This document shows positions 9,951-17,700 of a stretch of 64,000 nt of DNA, piece by piece. Both the position numbers and the translations under genes were made by a program. Numbering within the stretch: position 1 is the stretch's first letter; every line of letters starts with the position of its first letter. Source of the stretch: an uncultured Candidatus Saccharibacteria bacterium (lineage in GTDB: Bacteria; Patescibacteriota; Doudnabacteria; UBA920); assembly GCA_964650255.1 (NCBI GenBank), contig CAZYQT010000003.1, positions 14,619 to 78,618 on the forward strand. The letters are read 5' to 3'. A model generated the notes under the pieces. It saw only the letters and a program-made list of their open reading frames with translations. It made no database searches and was not told the origin of the DNA.

Positions 9951-11066
9951 CTAATTTTGAGCTGCCTCGGCTTCGTGGCCAGTTAGCTTCATAAATACAT
10001 CGTCTAAACTTGGGCGGCGCAGAATTACATCTTCCAAATTTAGTTTAGCTGTATCAATTTCTCTGATGATTTCCAAAAGCGTAGCCGTTCCACCAGAAAT
10101 AGGCATAGTTACAACACCACCTTCTGGTGCAATGTGAGCTGGTTCAGTTCCAAATTTGTTGATAAGTTCTGCAGCTTTTGGCGCAGTTGTGCGATCTTTC
10201 AAATGCAGTTCAATAATTTCGCCACCAACTTGTTGTTTTAATTCATCAGGAGTTCCTTGAGCAATAATTTTTCCATGGTCAATAACAAAAACTTGGCTAG
10301 CCAATTGATCAGCTTCTTCTAGATATTGAGTGGTTAGTAAAACAGTAGTGCCACCAGCCACTAAGTCTCTAATAATCTGCCACAAGGTAAAGCGAGATGA
10401 TGGGTCTAATCCTGTAGTTGGTTCATCGAGGAATAAAATCTTGGGACGAATAACTAAACTTGCGGCCAAATCCAAACGGCGGCGCATGCCACCAGAATAT
10501 GTTTTCGCAGTTCGGTCTGCGGCATCTTCTAATTCAAATTCTTTAAGAAGTTCTGCAGCACGTTGTTGGGCTGTTCGTTTAGGGAGATGATACAGCCGCC
10601 CAACCATTTCCAAATTTTCTCGGCCGGTTAAAGTTTCATCAACAGCCGCGTATTGTCCCGCAAGTCCTACTATAGAGCGGAGTTCTTGAGCGTTTTCAAC
10701 TACGTCTAAGCCAGCAATGGTTGCGGTACCGCTGGTTGGTGGTTGCAAGGTAGTAAGAATTCTAACTAAGGTGGTTTTCCCTGCACCGTTTGGACCAAGT
10801 AGGGCAGTAACCTGTCCAGGGACTACATCAAGGCTGAGGTTATTTAAAGCTTGTACTTTGCCGTAGGCCTTAGAAACGTTGCGTACTGAAATAATACTTG
10901 AGGTATTTTGCTTAAACTCCGGGACTTGAGTTTCCTGACTACTTGCTGCTGCAGGGATAGATGCTTCATTTCTAGCACTATTAATAGCCGCAAGCTTTTG
11001 CTCAACAACTAATTTTTCTACAAATATAAAGCGCTTAATAGCGCGGGATAGTCTTTTTAACCACAT
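9951..11066 (-). CDS. ABC exporter ATPase (DrrA-like)
   Basis: GPNGAGKTT, YSGGMRRRLDLA, LDEPTTGLDP, PSLDDVF.LTG. Confidence 0.92.
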   Translation of the reverse strand: MWLKRLSRAIKRFIFVEKLVVEQKLAAINSARNEASIPAAASSQETQVPEFKQNTSSIISVRNVSKAYGKVQALNNLSLDVVPGQVTALLGPNGAGKTTLVRILTTLQPPTSGTATIAGLDVVENAQELRSIVGLAGQYAAVDETLTGRENLEMVGRLYHLPKRTAQQRAAELLKEFELEDAADRTAKTYSGGMRRRLDLAASLVIRPKILFLDEPTTGLDPSSRFTLWQIIRDLVAGGTTVLLTTQYLEEADQLASQVFVIDHGKIIAQGTPDELKQQVGGEIIELHLKDRTTAPKAAELINKFGTEPAHIAPEGGVVTMPISGGTATLLEIIREIDTAKLNLEDVILRRPSLDDVFMKLTGHEAEAAQN

Positions 11067-11079
11067 AAATTTATATTTG

Positions 11080-11108
11080 ATTATACGTCGAAATCACGTA
11101 CGCGTCAA
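11080..11108 (-). promoter_or_regulatory. sigma70 promoter of the ABC exporter operon
   Basis: Minus strand TTGACG-17 bp-TATAAT. Confidence 0.7.
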
Positions 11109-11142
11109 TACTTTATCATTCTCTCAATGAGAATGGTATTTA

Positions 11143-11709
11143 TTATTTTTTACACACGTAAACAAATGCTCTCGGGATATTTAAGACAGACTTCGTCTTA
11201 TAAACTGTGTCAAATTTTTGCTCTAATTTTTCTCTAAAGATTTTACCGCTCTTCAGTAGATTGAAAGGGGAGTAGGCGAATGTGAGAAACAATCCGCCAG
11301 GCTCCAAAGATTGATGGATTTTTTCTAGTATTGATTCTTGCATTGATTCTGTGAAGGCTGTCCATGGTAGTCCAGAGATGATCCGATCGCATCGGGCTTG
11401 GTTATGGTTTTGAAGCAAATATAAAATATTTTCTGCAGAGTCTTGGTAGGTAGTGATCTTTGGATATTTAGCTCTCATCAATTCAACAAAATCTGGATTA
11501 ATTTCTATGGTAAAAAAGTTATTTGCATTCGGAATATTATTTACAATGTGCTCGGTGAATACTCCAGTACCCGGGCCAATCTCCACAACAAATTTTGCTG
11601 CGGCTAAATCCGCGTGCTGGATTATCAGTTTGGCCAAATTCGTTGAGCTAGGTAAAACCGCGCCAGTGAATCTCGGGTGTTTAATCGTTTGTTTTAAAAA
11701 TGATGACAT
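11143..11709 (-). CDS. SAM-dependent methyltransferase (PmtA-like); start moved to MSSFLKQ
   Basis: TGAVLPSS..LA, VEIGPGTG, IISGLPW motifs. Confidence 0.85.
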   Translation of the reverse strand: MSSFLKQTIKHPRFTGAVLPSSTNLAKLIIQHADLAAAKFVVEIGPGTGVFTEHIVNNIPNANNFFTIEINPDFVELMRAKYPKITTYQDSAENILYLLQNHNQARCDRIISGLPWTAFTESMQESILEKIHQSLEPGGLFLTFAYSPFNLLKSGKIFREKLEQKFDTVYKTKSVLNIPRAFVYVCKK

Positions 11710-11752
11710 CTTTAATAAGGGTAACAAAAAACCTTAGTTAGCAACAGCGGGT

Positions 11753-12472
11753 TTAAGGCTGGCTATTTATTTTAGATAGAAAAGCATCTGCCCAGTTTCT
11801 ATAGCCTACATCATTTGGATGAAATTGATCTTCCGCAAATGTAGATTTTATATCCGGATAGTTTTTCCAACCAAATTCATGAATGTCTATTATGCGCACT
11901 CTGTCATTTTCAAGCTCAGCCATTTGGTGGTTAATTTTTATGAGGCGCTGTTGAAGAAATTTGCGGTAAACATACGGGAGTAGTGGGGCCTTCTCAACTA
12001 TGGGTATATTCGTAATGTAAATACGTGCCCTAGTTTGTTCGGTTAAGGTATTAATGATAGTTTTTAAGTTTGATACTGTGTCATTGGGATTTCGAAGATG
12101 AGTCACATCGTTACCACCGATTGAAAGCGTTATAATATCTGGTTGAAATTTAATAATTTGAGAGAGCTGATTGTTAATAACGTCGCTTGTCTTGGCTCCG
12201 GTAACGCCAACATTTTTGTATTCTACAGTGTGGGATGAAGATAAATCCTGCGCAATAAGATAGGGGTAGGAATGTTCAACAGAGCTGGCACCAACACCAA
12301 CAGCAGTGCTATCACCAGCAGCAATATATTTAAGTTCGTCACCATTTCCAAATTTTTGATCATGTTGAACAATGGTATTCAAGTGGGAAGTATACAAAAT
12401 GTACTTAAATCGAACCACGGTACCAATCGTGTATATGAGCAATACAGCAATTACAAGATAAAGAATTTTCAT
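11753..12472 (-). CDS. SGNH/GDSL hydrolase with N-terminal anchor
   Basis: GDSTAVGVG, GGND, DQFHPN. Confidence 0.9.
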   Translation of the reverse strand: MKILYLVIAVLLIYTIGTVVRFKYILYTSHLNTIVQHDQKFGNGDELKYIAAGDSTAVGVGASSVEHSYPYLIAQDLSSSHTVEYKNVGVTGAKTSDVINNQLSQIIKFQPDIITLSIGGNDVTHLRNPNDTVSNLKTIINTLTEQTRARIYITNIPIVEKAPLLPYVYRKFLQQRLIKINHQMAELENDRVRIIDIHEFGWKNYPDIKSTFAEDQFHPNDVGYRNWADAFLSKINSQP

Positions 12473-12481
12473 CAGTTAAGC

Positions 12482-12551
12482 ATAACAAAAAACCGCCCTA
12501 AAGGCGATTTTTGAATGGGGTGGTATAGTGGAGGACGTTCGCACCGCTGTT
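12482..12551. repeat. Cassette junction repeat 1 (terminator plus TGGGGT/IVEDV element)
   Basis: ATAACAAAAAACCGCCCTAAAGGCGATTTTTG..TGGGGTGGTATAGTGGAGGACGTTCGCACCGC. Confidence 0.8.
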
Positions 12552-13038
12552 ATCTGAGAAAGGTTTCTAAGAGAGTAGAATGAGACAATAGGTTAGTTTT
12601 ATTGGAAATGTCTTGAGCAGTACTTGGGCGTGTGTCAAAACCTAGCCATTCTCCTTGAGAGCTATATCTTAGATCAACTACAATTGCATCATCAATAATC
12701 CAAAAATCTTGGTGGGGGATATTCAATTTCTCTATTTGATCTTCAGTAATGATTCGGATATCGTCTCCAAAAGGAACTGTCTTTCTAAAGATTTCTATTT
12801 CCATTTCTTTGTAAGGGGTCAGTGGTTTTCTGATTAAGCTTACCCTTTGCATATTAATCCCATTTTCTTTTTTGGTTGATATATACTGCCACCAAGTTTG
12901 CATGTACTCTTCCGCGATTCGTTGTTCTTTTTCCCAAGTTAAACGCAACTCTTTTTCAGCATTAAGCGAAAAAGACTGTAAATATTCATATCGAAATAAT
13001 GAATGCTCGGCTTGATCAAGTGTCTCAAGTAATGTCAT
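12550..13038 (-). CDS. DUF6879-like protein
   Basis: FRYEYLQSF, RV.LIRKPLTPY..E, GDDIR, DFWIIDD pattern. Confidence 0.65.
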   Translation of the reverse strand: MTLLETLDQAEHSLFRYEYLQSFSLNAEKELRLTWEKEQRIAEEYMQTWWQYISTKKENGINMQRVSLIRKPLTPYKEMEIEIFRKTVPFGDDIRIITEDQIEKLNIPHQDFWIIDDAIVVDLRYSSQGEWLGFDTRPSTAQDISNKTNLLSHSTLLETFLR

Positions 13039-13047
13039 ACATAGAAT

Positions 13048-13082
13048 ATAACAAGAAATCGCCCTGTAGGCGATTTTTGAAT
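13048..13082. repeat. Cassette junction repeat 2 (terminator part only)
   Basis: ATAACAAGAAATCGCCCTGTAGGCGATTTTTGAAT, close to repeat 1. Confidence 0.7.
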
Positions 13083-13095
13083 TGGACTGGGCAAA

Positions 13096-13557
13096 TTAAG
13101 TTTGTTTTTGGGGGATCGGCTGAACAGGATCGCGAAATGAATTCAAGGTCTGCACTAGCTTAAATGTTAAAAGCCAAAAAACATACCAACTAATGAATTG
13201 GTTGTCTACTGGTTCGTATGGGAAAATTCTTGCCAATGCTAATATGCTATATAAGAAAAATGCAAACCATATTGCTAAGAAGAAATAGAAAAATTCTCCC
13301 AAAAATTGTTTTTGCTTTTCTTTGTTACCTAAGTTGTGAGTAATTGCCAGGGTAATTATGTTTTTAAGTATAATTAGAAAACCACCAATGAACATCAGCC
13401 TGAAAACGCCCAAGGCGTTTGTAGGTATACCGAACAATTTTATTACCCAAGCAATTGGGATAATTGAAAAAGCAGTAAATGACTGAATTGCAAAAATCAA
13501 TGCCAATATACTATACAAAAATATTTTAATTTTATTTACAGTGTTAATTTTTATCAT
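13096..13557 (-). CDS. Hypothetical four-TM membrane protein
   Basis: AT-rich ORF with four hydrophobic segments. Confidence 0.65.
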   Translation of the reverse strand: MIKINTVNKIKIFLYSILALIFAIQSFTAFSIIPIAWVIKLFGIPTNALGVFRLMFIGGFLIILKNIITLAITHNLGNKEKQKQFLGEFFYFFLAIWFAFFLYSILALARIFPYEPVDNQFISWYVFWLLTFKLVQTLNSFRDPVQPIPQKQT

Positions 13558-13565
13558 ATTTTAAT

Positions 13566-13640
13566 AATATCAAAAAACACCTCGTATTACGAGATGCTTT
13601 TAGTTTCGGGTGTATAGTGGAAGATGTGACCACTGCGTTA
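13566..13640. repeat. Cassette junction repeat 3 (divergent hairpin plus IVEDV element)
   Basis: CAAAAAACACCTCGTATTACGAGATGCTTTT..TTCGGGTGTATAGTGGAAGATGTGACCACTGCG. Confidence 0.75.
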
Positions 13641-13647
13641 ATTATAA

Positions 13648-14202
13648 TCAACTATTTATCCATTGTGATTTGTTTAAAATGTGATTTGCCACTTCCATCG
13701 CAACTTCTTCTGGATTTTTAGTATCCGTATCGATTATTTTGCAACCCTCCAAAGCAAATTTATCACGGAGTATTGGGGCAAATGCTGCGCACTCCTCCGC
13801 AAATTCTTTCAATGGCTTACCTGCTGCCCGTTCAATTTCTTTTTCACTCTCTTTTGTAGGATAGCGTCCAAGTAGGCGTCGTCTAATAACATCACCACTG
13901 GCATTCAAAAGTATTAATTCCGTTTCAGGGTATGCCTCATTCCACACAGCCCGAATCCGTTCAGGCTCGTTAAAACCGCAAATAACAGTTGATTTATCCT
14001 CCTTTGCATTAACTTTTCCTACCTCAAGCCAATTAGCAGTTTCTTGTTTATGCCATATCGGCCCACCTCCATCTGGTACGCCACGCTCATCGAAATCACG
14101 TATATCAAAATTACTCTCTGGTAGAAATTTTTTTAAGTGTTCCATCGTGGAGGTTTTACCAACTCCAGATACTCCGCTGACAAAGTAAATTTTTTTATTC
14201 AT
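13648..14202 (-). CDS. P-loop small-molecule/nucleotide kinase
   Basis: Walker A GVSGVGKT; R..RL..R lid; IIDTD.K.PEEVA. Confidence 0.75.
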   Translation of the reverse strand: MNKKIYFVSGVSGVGKTSTMEHLKKFLPESNFDIRDFDERGVPDGGGPIWHKQETANWLEVGKVNAKEDKSTVICGFNEPERIRAVWNEAYPETELILLNASGDVIRRRLLGRYPTKESEKEIERAAGKPLKEFAEECAAFAPILRDKFALEGCKIIDTDTKNPEEVAMEVANHILNKSQWINS

Positions 14203-14214
14203 ACTTTATAATTC

Positions 14215-14293
14215 TAACAAAAAACCGCCCTAAAGGCGATTTTAGTTATGAGATTCATGGGGTCGCATAGTGGAAGATGTGGCAACTGCGGTT
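14215..14293. repeat. Cassette junction repeat 4 (terminator plus TGGGGT/IVEDV element)
   Basis: TAACAAAAAACCGCCCTAAAGGCGATTTT..TGGGGTCGCATAGTGGAAGATGTGGCAACTGCG. Confidence 0.8.
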
Positions 14294-14651
14294 AGAAACT
14301 TTCCCATGGCCATACCCAACTTGAATTCATTTGAGTAATTGGGTGTCCAGTCTTAATATAGAATGGCTCGAAGAACTTTATGTTACGTACGCAATAATCA
14401 CTTTCGCCGCTAGACCGATGTACTAATCCTTCCTTATAATCTTTTGCGTGGGGTCCTAGTACAATTACTTTATCCAAGTATTTTTGAGAATCTGTTTGAG
14501 GGCTACAAGAATAAGAAGTGAGAAGAGGGATAGCCAATATAATTATCACCAGAAAATATATAAGTCTACTCTTACCTTTGAATGCCAAGCTTAAGATTAT
14601 AAAACTTGCAGGTATTAGAGTGAGTATAATATATAAACCGCCATCAAACAT
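14292..14651 (-). CDS. Hypothetical protein with two TM and a small outer domain
   Basis: Overlaps the upstream gene by 8 bp; two hydrophobic helices; Cys pair. Confidence 0.6.
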   Translation of the reverse strand: MFDGGLYIILTLIPASFIILSLAFKGKSRLIYFLVIIILAIPLLTSYSCSPQTDSQKYLDKVIVLGPHAKDYKEGLVHRSSGESDYCVRNIKFFEPFYIKTGHPITQMNSSWVWPWESF

Positions 14652-14991
14652 TCGAATTTAAATTTACTGTTGATGAAACATGTCGTTTGTGAATTTTTTT
14701 GGTAAACCATAGGATGACGAATGCTATCACTATCCAAATGGCAATGTTGATAAACCAATTCAATATCAAAGTAGATGACTCAAATCCTAAAGAGCTATTT
14801 ACGCTTTGTCGGAAAGGAAATCCAAAGTGTAAAATAGTTTCCACAGACTTACCACTTTTATTTAGGGGTTCGGGTACAATATTATATTCAGGAGATACAG
14901 ATAAATAATAAATAGACCAGCCAAGGGCTATCCCTAAGAGTATACTCCAGCCTGCAAGATGTTTTTTTGTTTCCAAAGTAAATATTTTCAT
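14644..14991 (-). CDS. Hypothetical two-TM protein (start moved to MKIFTLE)
   Basis: TM-loop (HFGFPF)-TM; the longer ORF runs through tRNA-His. Confidence 0.65.
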   Translation of the reverse strand: MKIFTLETKKHLAGWSILLGIALGWSIYYLSVSPEYNIVPEPLNKSGKSVETILHFGFPFRQSVNSSLGFESSTLILNWFINIAIWIVIAFVILWFTKKIHKRHVSSTVNLNSNV

Positions 14992-15000
14992 ACATAAATA

Positions 15001-15032
15001 ATAACAAAAAACCGCCGTAAAGGCGATTTTTG
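15001..15032 (-). terminator. Terminator after tRNA-His (junction repeat 5)
   Basis: Minus strand AAAAATCGCCTTTACGGCGGTTTTTTGTTAT. Confidence 0.8.
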
Positions 15033-15033
15033 C

Positions 15034-15108
15034 TGGGGTGATCGAGGAGAATCGAACTCCCGACCTCGCTGCCACAGAGCGATGTTTTACCATTAAACTA
15101 CGACCACC
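15034..15108 (-). tRNA. tRNA-His(GTG) with G-1 and encoded CCA
   Basis: GTGGTCG/CGATCAC acceptor, discriminator C, anticodon arm TCGCT-CTGTGGC-AGCGA, GTTCGATTC T-loop. Confidence 0.95.
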
Positions 15109-15214
15109 ATATTTTAGTTACGAGTTTAGAATAAAAAAACTCGCTTCACAGCGAGTTTGTTCATCTCTTAATATCTGCTGTGTCAGATAGGTATTTAAAA
15201 GGAATACCAAGACT

Positions 15215-15243
15215 ATTATAGCTTAAATCGAGTCTGTAGTCAA
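15215..15243 (-). promoter_or_regulatory. sigma70 promoter upstream of tRNA-His
   Basis: Minus strand TTGACT-17 bp-TATAAT. Confidence 0.75.
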
Positions 15244-15256
15244 TCCGCTCAACAGA

Positions 15257-16048
15257 CTATCGCCGTTCCCACAGGTTATTAAGATGTTCGTCCACTCTAA
15301 ATTCTTCATTGGAATCTTGATGGCGATCATGGCCTGCTTCAGAAGAAGTGTTATCTCTTTGCCATTCGGATCGTCGGTTTTCTTCCAGTTGCTGTCTGTA
15401 CTGCTGAACTTTGTCTTCGATTTCTTTGGCGCGATCAGAATCGCCTTTGTGCTGCCAATTGTCTCGAGCTTTTTGTAATGACTCCACTGCATCCTCGGCT
15501 TCCTTTTGAGCTTTGTCGCGGCGCTGATTTTGTTGCTTGTGTCCTGAGCTCACATTCTCACTATCAATATCTACTGCAGTATCATCATCCTGAGATTTAG
15601 AGTTTGAGTCCCTGTTTGGTTGTTTGCCAGAAGAAGGCTTACTCTGATCGCGCACTTGAATTTGCTCCAGTTCTTCTATGCGGCGCTGTGCAAACTGCTC
15701 TTGTAGATTTAATTTTGATTCCTCGCTCGGAGCAATTAATAGTTGGGCATTTTCAACTTGGCGCTTTACTCCATATAATGTATCTCCAGGCAGAGCATTG
15801 GCTGAGGCATAGGTTGCACCAGTAATAAACAACACTGCTAAAACAGGAACGAGTACATATGCCCGGAATACAGTGCGACGAACAATCTCAACCCAACCCT
15901 CTTTAGCTGTCGGCGAGTCATTAGTTACAGAGCCAAGATTGTTAAAAATTTTTTCTTTTACGCGATTACGGGCTTGCTCGCTCATTATCAAATTGGGATT
16001 CTTGCGATCCGAATGTTGGTTATAAAAATTTTTCAAATCATCTTTCAT
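15257..16048 (-). CDS. Putative anti-sigma factor (DUF5667-like)
   Basis: Coupled to the ECF sigma gene; TM then ALPGDTLYGVKR..E and RRIEEL. Confidence 0.8.
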   Translation of the reverse strand: MKDDLKNFYNQHSDRKNPNLIMSEQARNRVKEKIFNNLGSVTNDSPTAKEGWVEIVRRTVFRAYVLVPVLAVLFITGATYASANALPGDTLYGVKRQVENAQLLIAPSEESKLNLQEQFAQRRIEELEQIQVRDQSKPSSGKQPNRDSNSKSQDDDTAVDIDSENVSSGHKQQNQRRDKAQKEAEDAVESLQKARDNWQHKGDSDRAKEIEDKVQQYRQQLEENRRSEWQRDNTSSEAGHDRHQDSNEEFRVDEHLNNLWERR

Positions 16049-16620
16049 TGTTTTGTAGGGGTATCATTAGAATTTTTAAATAAGTCCTTCAAACGTGTTA
16101 GGGCACGAAATTGCCAGACGCGAATAGTGACACTATTTTTACCCATAATGTTTGCAGTTTCAGTAACGGTAAAGTCTTGAAAAAACCTAAGCTCGATTAC
16201 CTCTTTATAGTGCTGCGGGAGTTTTGCCAAGGCTCGTTGAACAGAAGTTCTCTCAAGCCCATGACTTGTTTTTTCTTCGGGACCAATTTCTTTTGAGGCA
16301 AACTGCCGAGCTTCTTCAAGAGGGACTTGGCTCGGTTGCCGATATTTTCTCCGGTAATAATCATTGATTGTGTTTCCGGCAACTTTGTAAAGCCACGCGG
16401 AAAAATTAAGATTTTGTAGATTCAGGTTTTTAGACCCAGCCCAAGCTTTTAAAAATACTTCTTGTAAAATATCTTCTGCTTCGGCATCTGATTCTACTTT
16501 TATGCGGATGAATGCATACAGTCTTTGAGCAAACTCATCATATAGCTCGGCAAAGGCTGATTGATCACCACCCTGAACCTGTTTTATTAGATTCAAAATT
16601 TTGGTTTTTTCCATACTCAT
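16045..16620 (-). CDS. ECF RNA polymerase sigma factor
   Basis: GDQSAFAELYD, AEDILQEVFLKAW, FSAWLYKVA.N..D..R; region 4 HTH. Confidence 0.92.
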   Translation of the reverse strand: MSMEKTKILNLIKQVQGGDQSAFAELYDEFAQRLYAFIRIKVESDAEAEDILQEVFLKAWAGSKNLNLQNLNFSAWLYKVAGNTINDYYRRKYRQPSQVPLEEARQFASKEIGPEEKTSHGLERTSVQRALAKLPQHYKEVIELRFFQDFTVTETANIMGKNSVTIRVWQFRALTRLKDLFKNSNDTPTKQ

Positions 16621-16633
16621 CCGTCAGTAAATG

Positions 16634-16663
16634 TATCGCTTAATTAATCAAAAATGTTTCAAA
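16634..16663 (-). promoter_or_regulatory. Putative ECF promoter of the sigma gene
   Basis: TTTGAAACATT-N10-TAAGCGATA. Confidence 0.7.
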
Positions 16664-16729
16664 TATGTATAAAACTATTCTAACATCTTTTTATGATAGT
16701 AAAATTTGTCTTAAATACGACAGATTTTA

Positions 16730-16759
16730 TTTGAAACATTCATGCCGGGCTAAGCGATA
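16730..16759 (+). promoter_or_regulatory. Putative ECF promoter of the DUF5666 gene
   Basis: TTTGAAACATT-N10-TAAGCGATA, same motif and spacing. Confidence 0.7.
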
Positions 16760-16805
16760 TATTATACGAAGGGTTAATTAATCGAAAATAAAGAAAGGAT
16801 AGGTT

Positions 16806-17603
16806 ATGTTAAAATATTTAGCGAAATTAATTGGGGTGTTTTTGGCGGTTATCATGATTACTCCGGCTTTGGCCTTAGCTCATGGAGATGACCGAGGCGA
16901 TAGAGAGAGCCACCGTTTAGACCATCAATCCACTGAACGTCGCAGTACGGACGAGTGGGTAACCAATGAATTTGGAGTAAGAGTATTCGATCAGAATAAT
17001 TCACAGCAAGAAAACGATGACCAAGTCGAAAATGACTCCGATCATAATAAGAGCGAAGGCAAACATGAAAATAAGGACAAACATGAAGACCGTGGTTTGC
17101 ACTTAGGCCAGTTTAAGAATCGTGGTTTCTTTCCAAACATGTTTTACAACGGAACAGTAACCGCCGTTTCCAGTACTGGATTCACAATTGAAACAAAAGA
17201 TGATACCCAATTTGTTGTTGATGCAGATTCAGCGAAAATTATTCAGATCCCGCGCACAGTTGTTGCTTTAGGGGATATCGACGTAGGTGACACAGTGCAC
17301 ATTACCGGCACTAAAACTTCTGATGATGGAATTAATGCAACTGTTGTATATGTAATGCCAGCGAACCTTAGCCCGGCAATGGCTAAAGGCACTGTCACCG
17401 CAGTAACCGATGACACAATTACTTTGCAGACAGGTGATGACACTTCGATTACGGTAAATACTAATAGCGATACCCAGATTACTAATTCAGATCATGAAGA
17501 TGTAGATCAAGGCGATATTGAAGTAGGTATGAAAGCAAAATTAGTTGGATTCTGGGATTCGGTTCTGAATGTTTTCAATGCTATTAAGATTAAGTTGTTC
17601 TAA
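16806..17603 (+). CDS. Secreted protein with a His/acidic region and two DUF5666 OB-like domains
   Basis: Signal peptide; two GTVTAV....TI....V......T.I...DI.VG..V...G units. Confidence 0.75.
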   Translation: MLKYLAKLIGVFLAVIMITPALALAHGDDRGDRESHRLDHQSTERRSTDEWVTNEFGVRVFDQNNSQQENDDQVENDSDHNKSEGKHENKDKHEDRGLHLGQFKNRGFFPNMFYNGTVTAVSSTGFTIETKDDTQFVVDADSAKIIQIPRTVVALGDIDVGDTVHITGTKTSDDGINATVVYVMPANLSPAMAKGTVTAVTDDTITLQTGDDTSITVNTNSDTQITNSDHEDVDQGDIEVGMKAKLVGFWDSVLNVFNAIKIKLF

Positions 17604-17645
17604 ATTGTTGGTTAGCGCAGTAGTTGAGCTGAAAAACTAGAATAG

Positions 17646-17675
17646 AAAAAGCCCCGCATGCGTGAGCGGGGCTTG
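17646..17675. terminator. Terminator between convergent genes
   Basis: AAAAAGCCCCGC-ATGCGTGA-GCGGGGCTT. Confidence 0.75.
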
Positions 17676-17700
17676 CTTTGTACCTTATCAATTTTACAGA

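Noticed and set aside
12482-15032. CRISPR array or classical integron for the junction repeats
   Set aside because: Repeats are separated by 0.5-0.8 kb of coding genes. There are no cas genes, no intI, and no attC RYYYAAC/GTTRRRY box structure.
14992-15093. N-terminal extension of ORF 14644..15093
   Set aside because: It runs through tRNA-His and its terminator; the ATG at 14991 fits the local promoter pattern.
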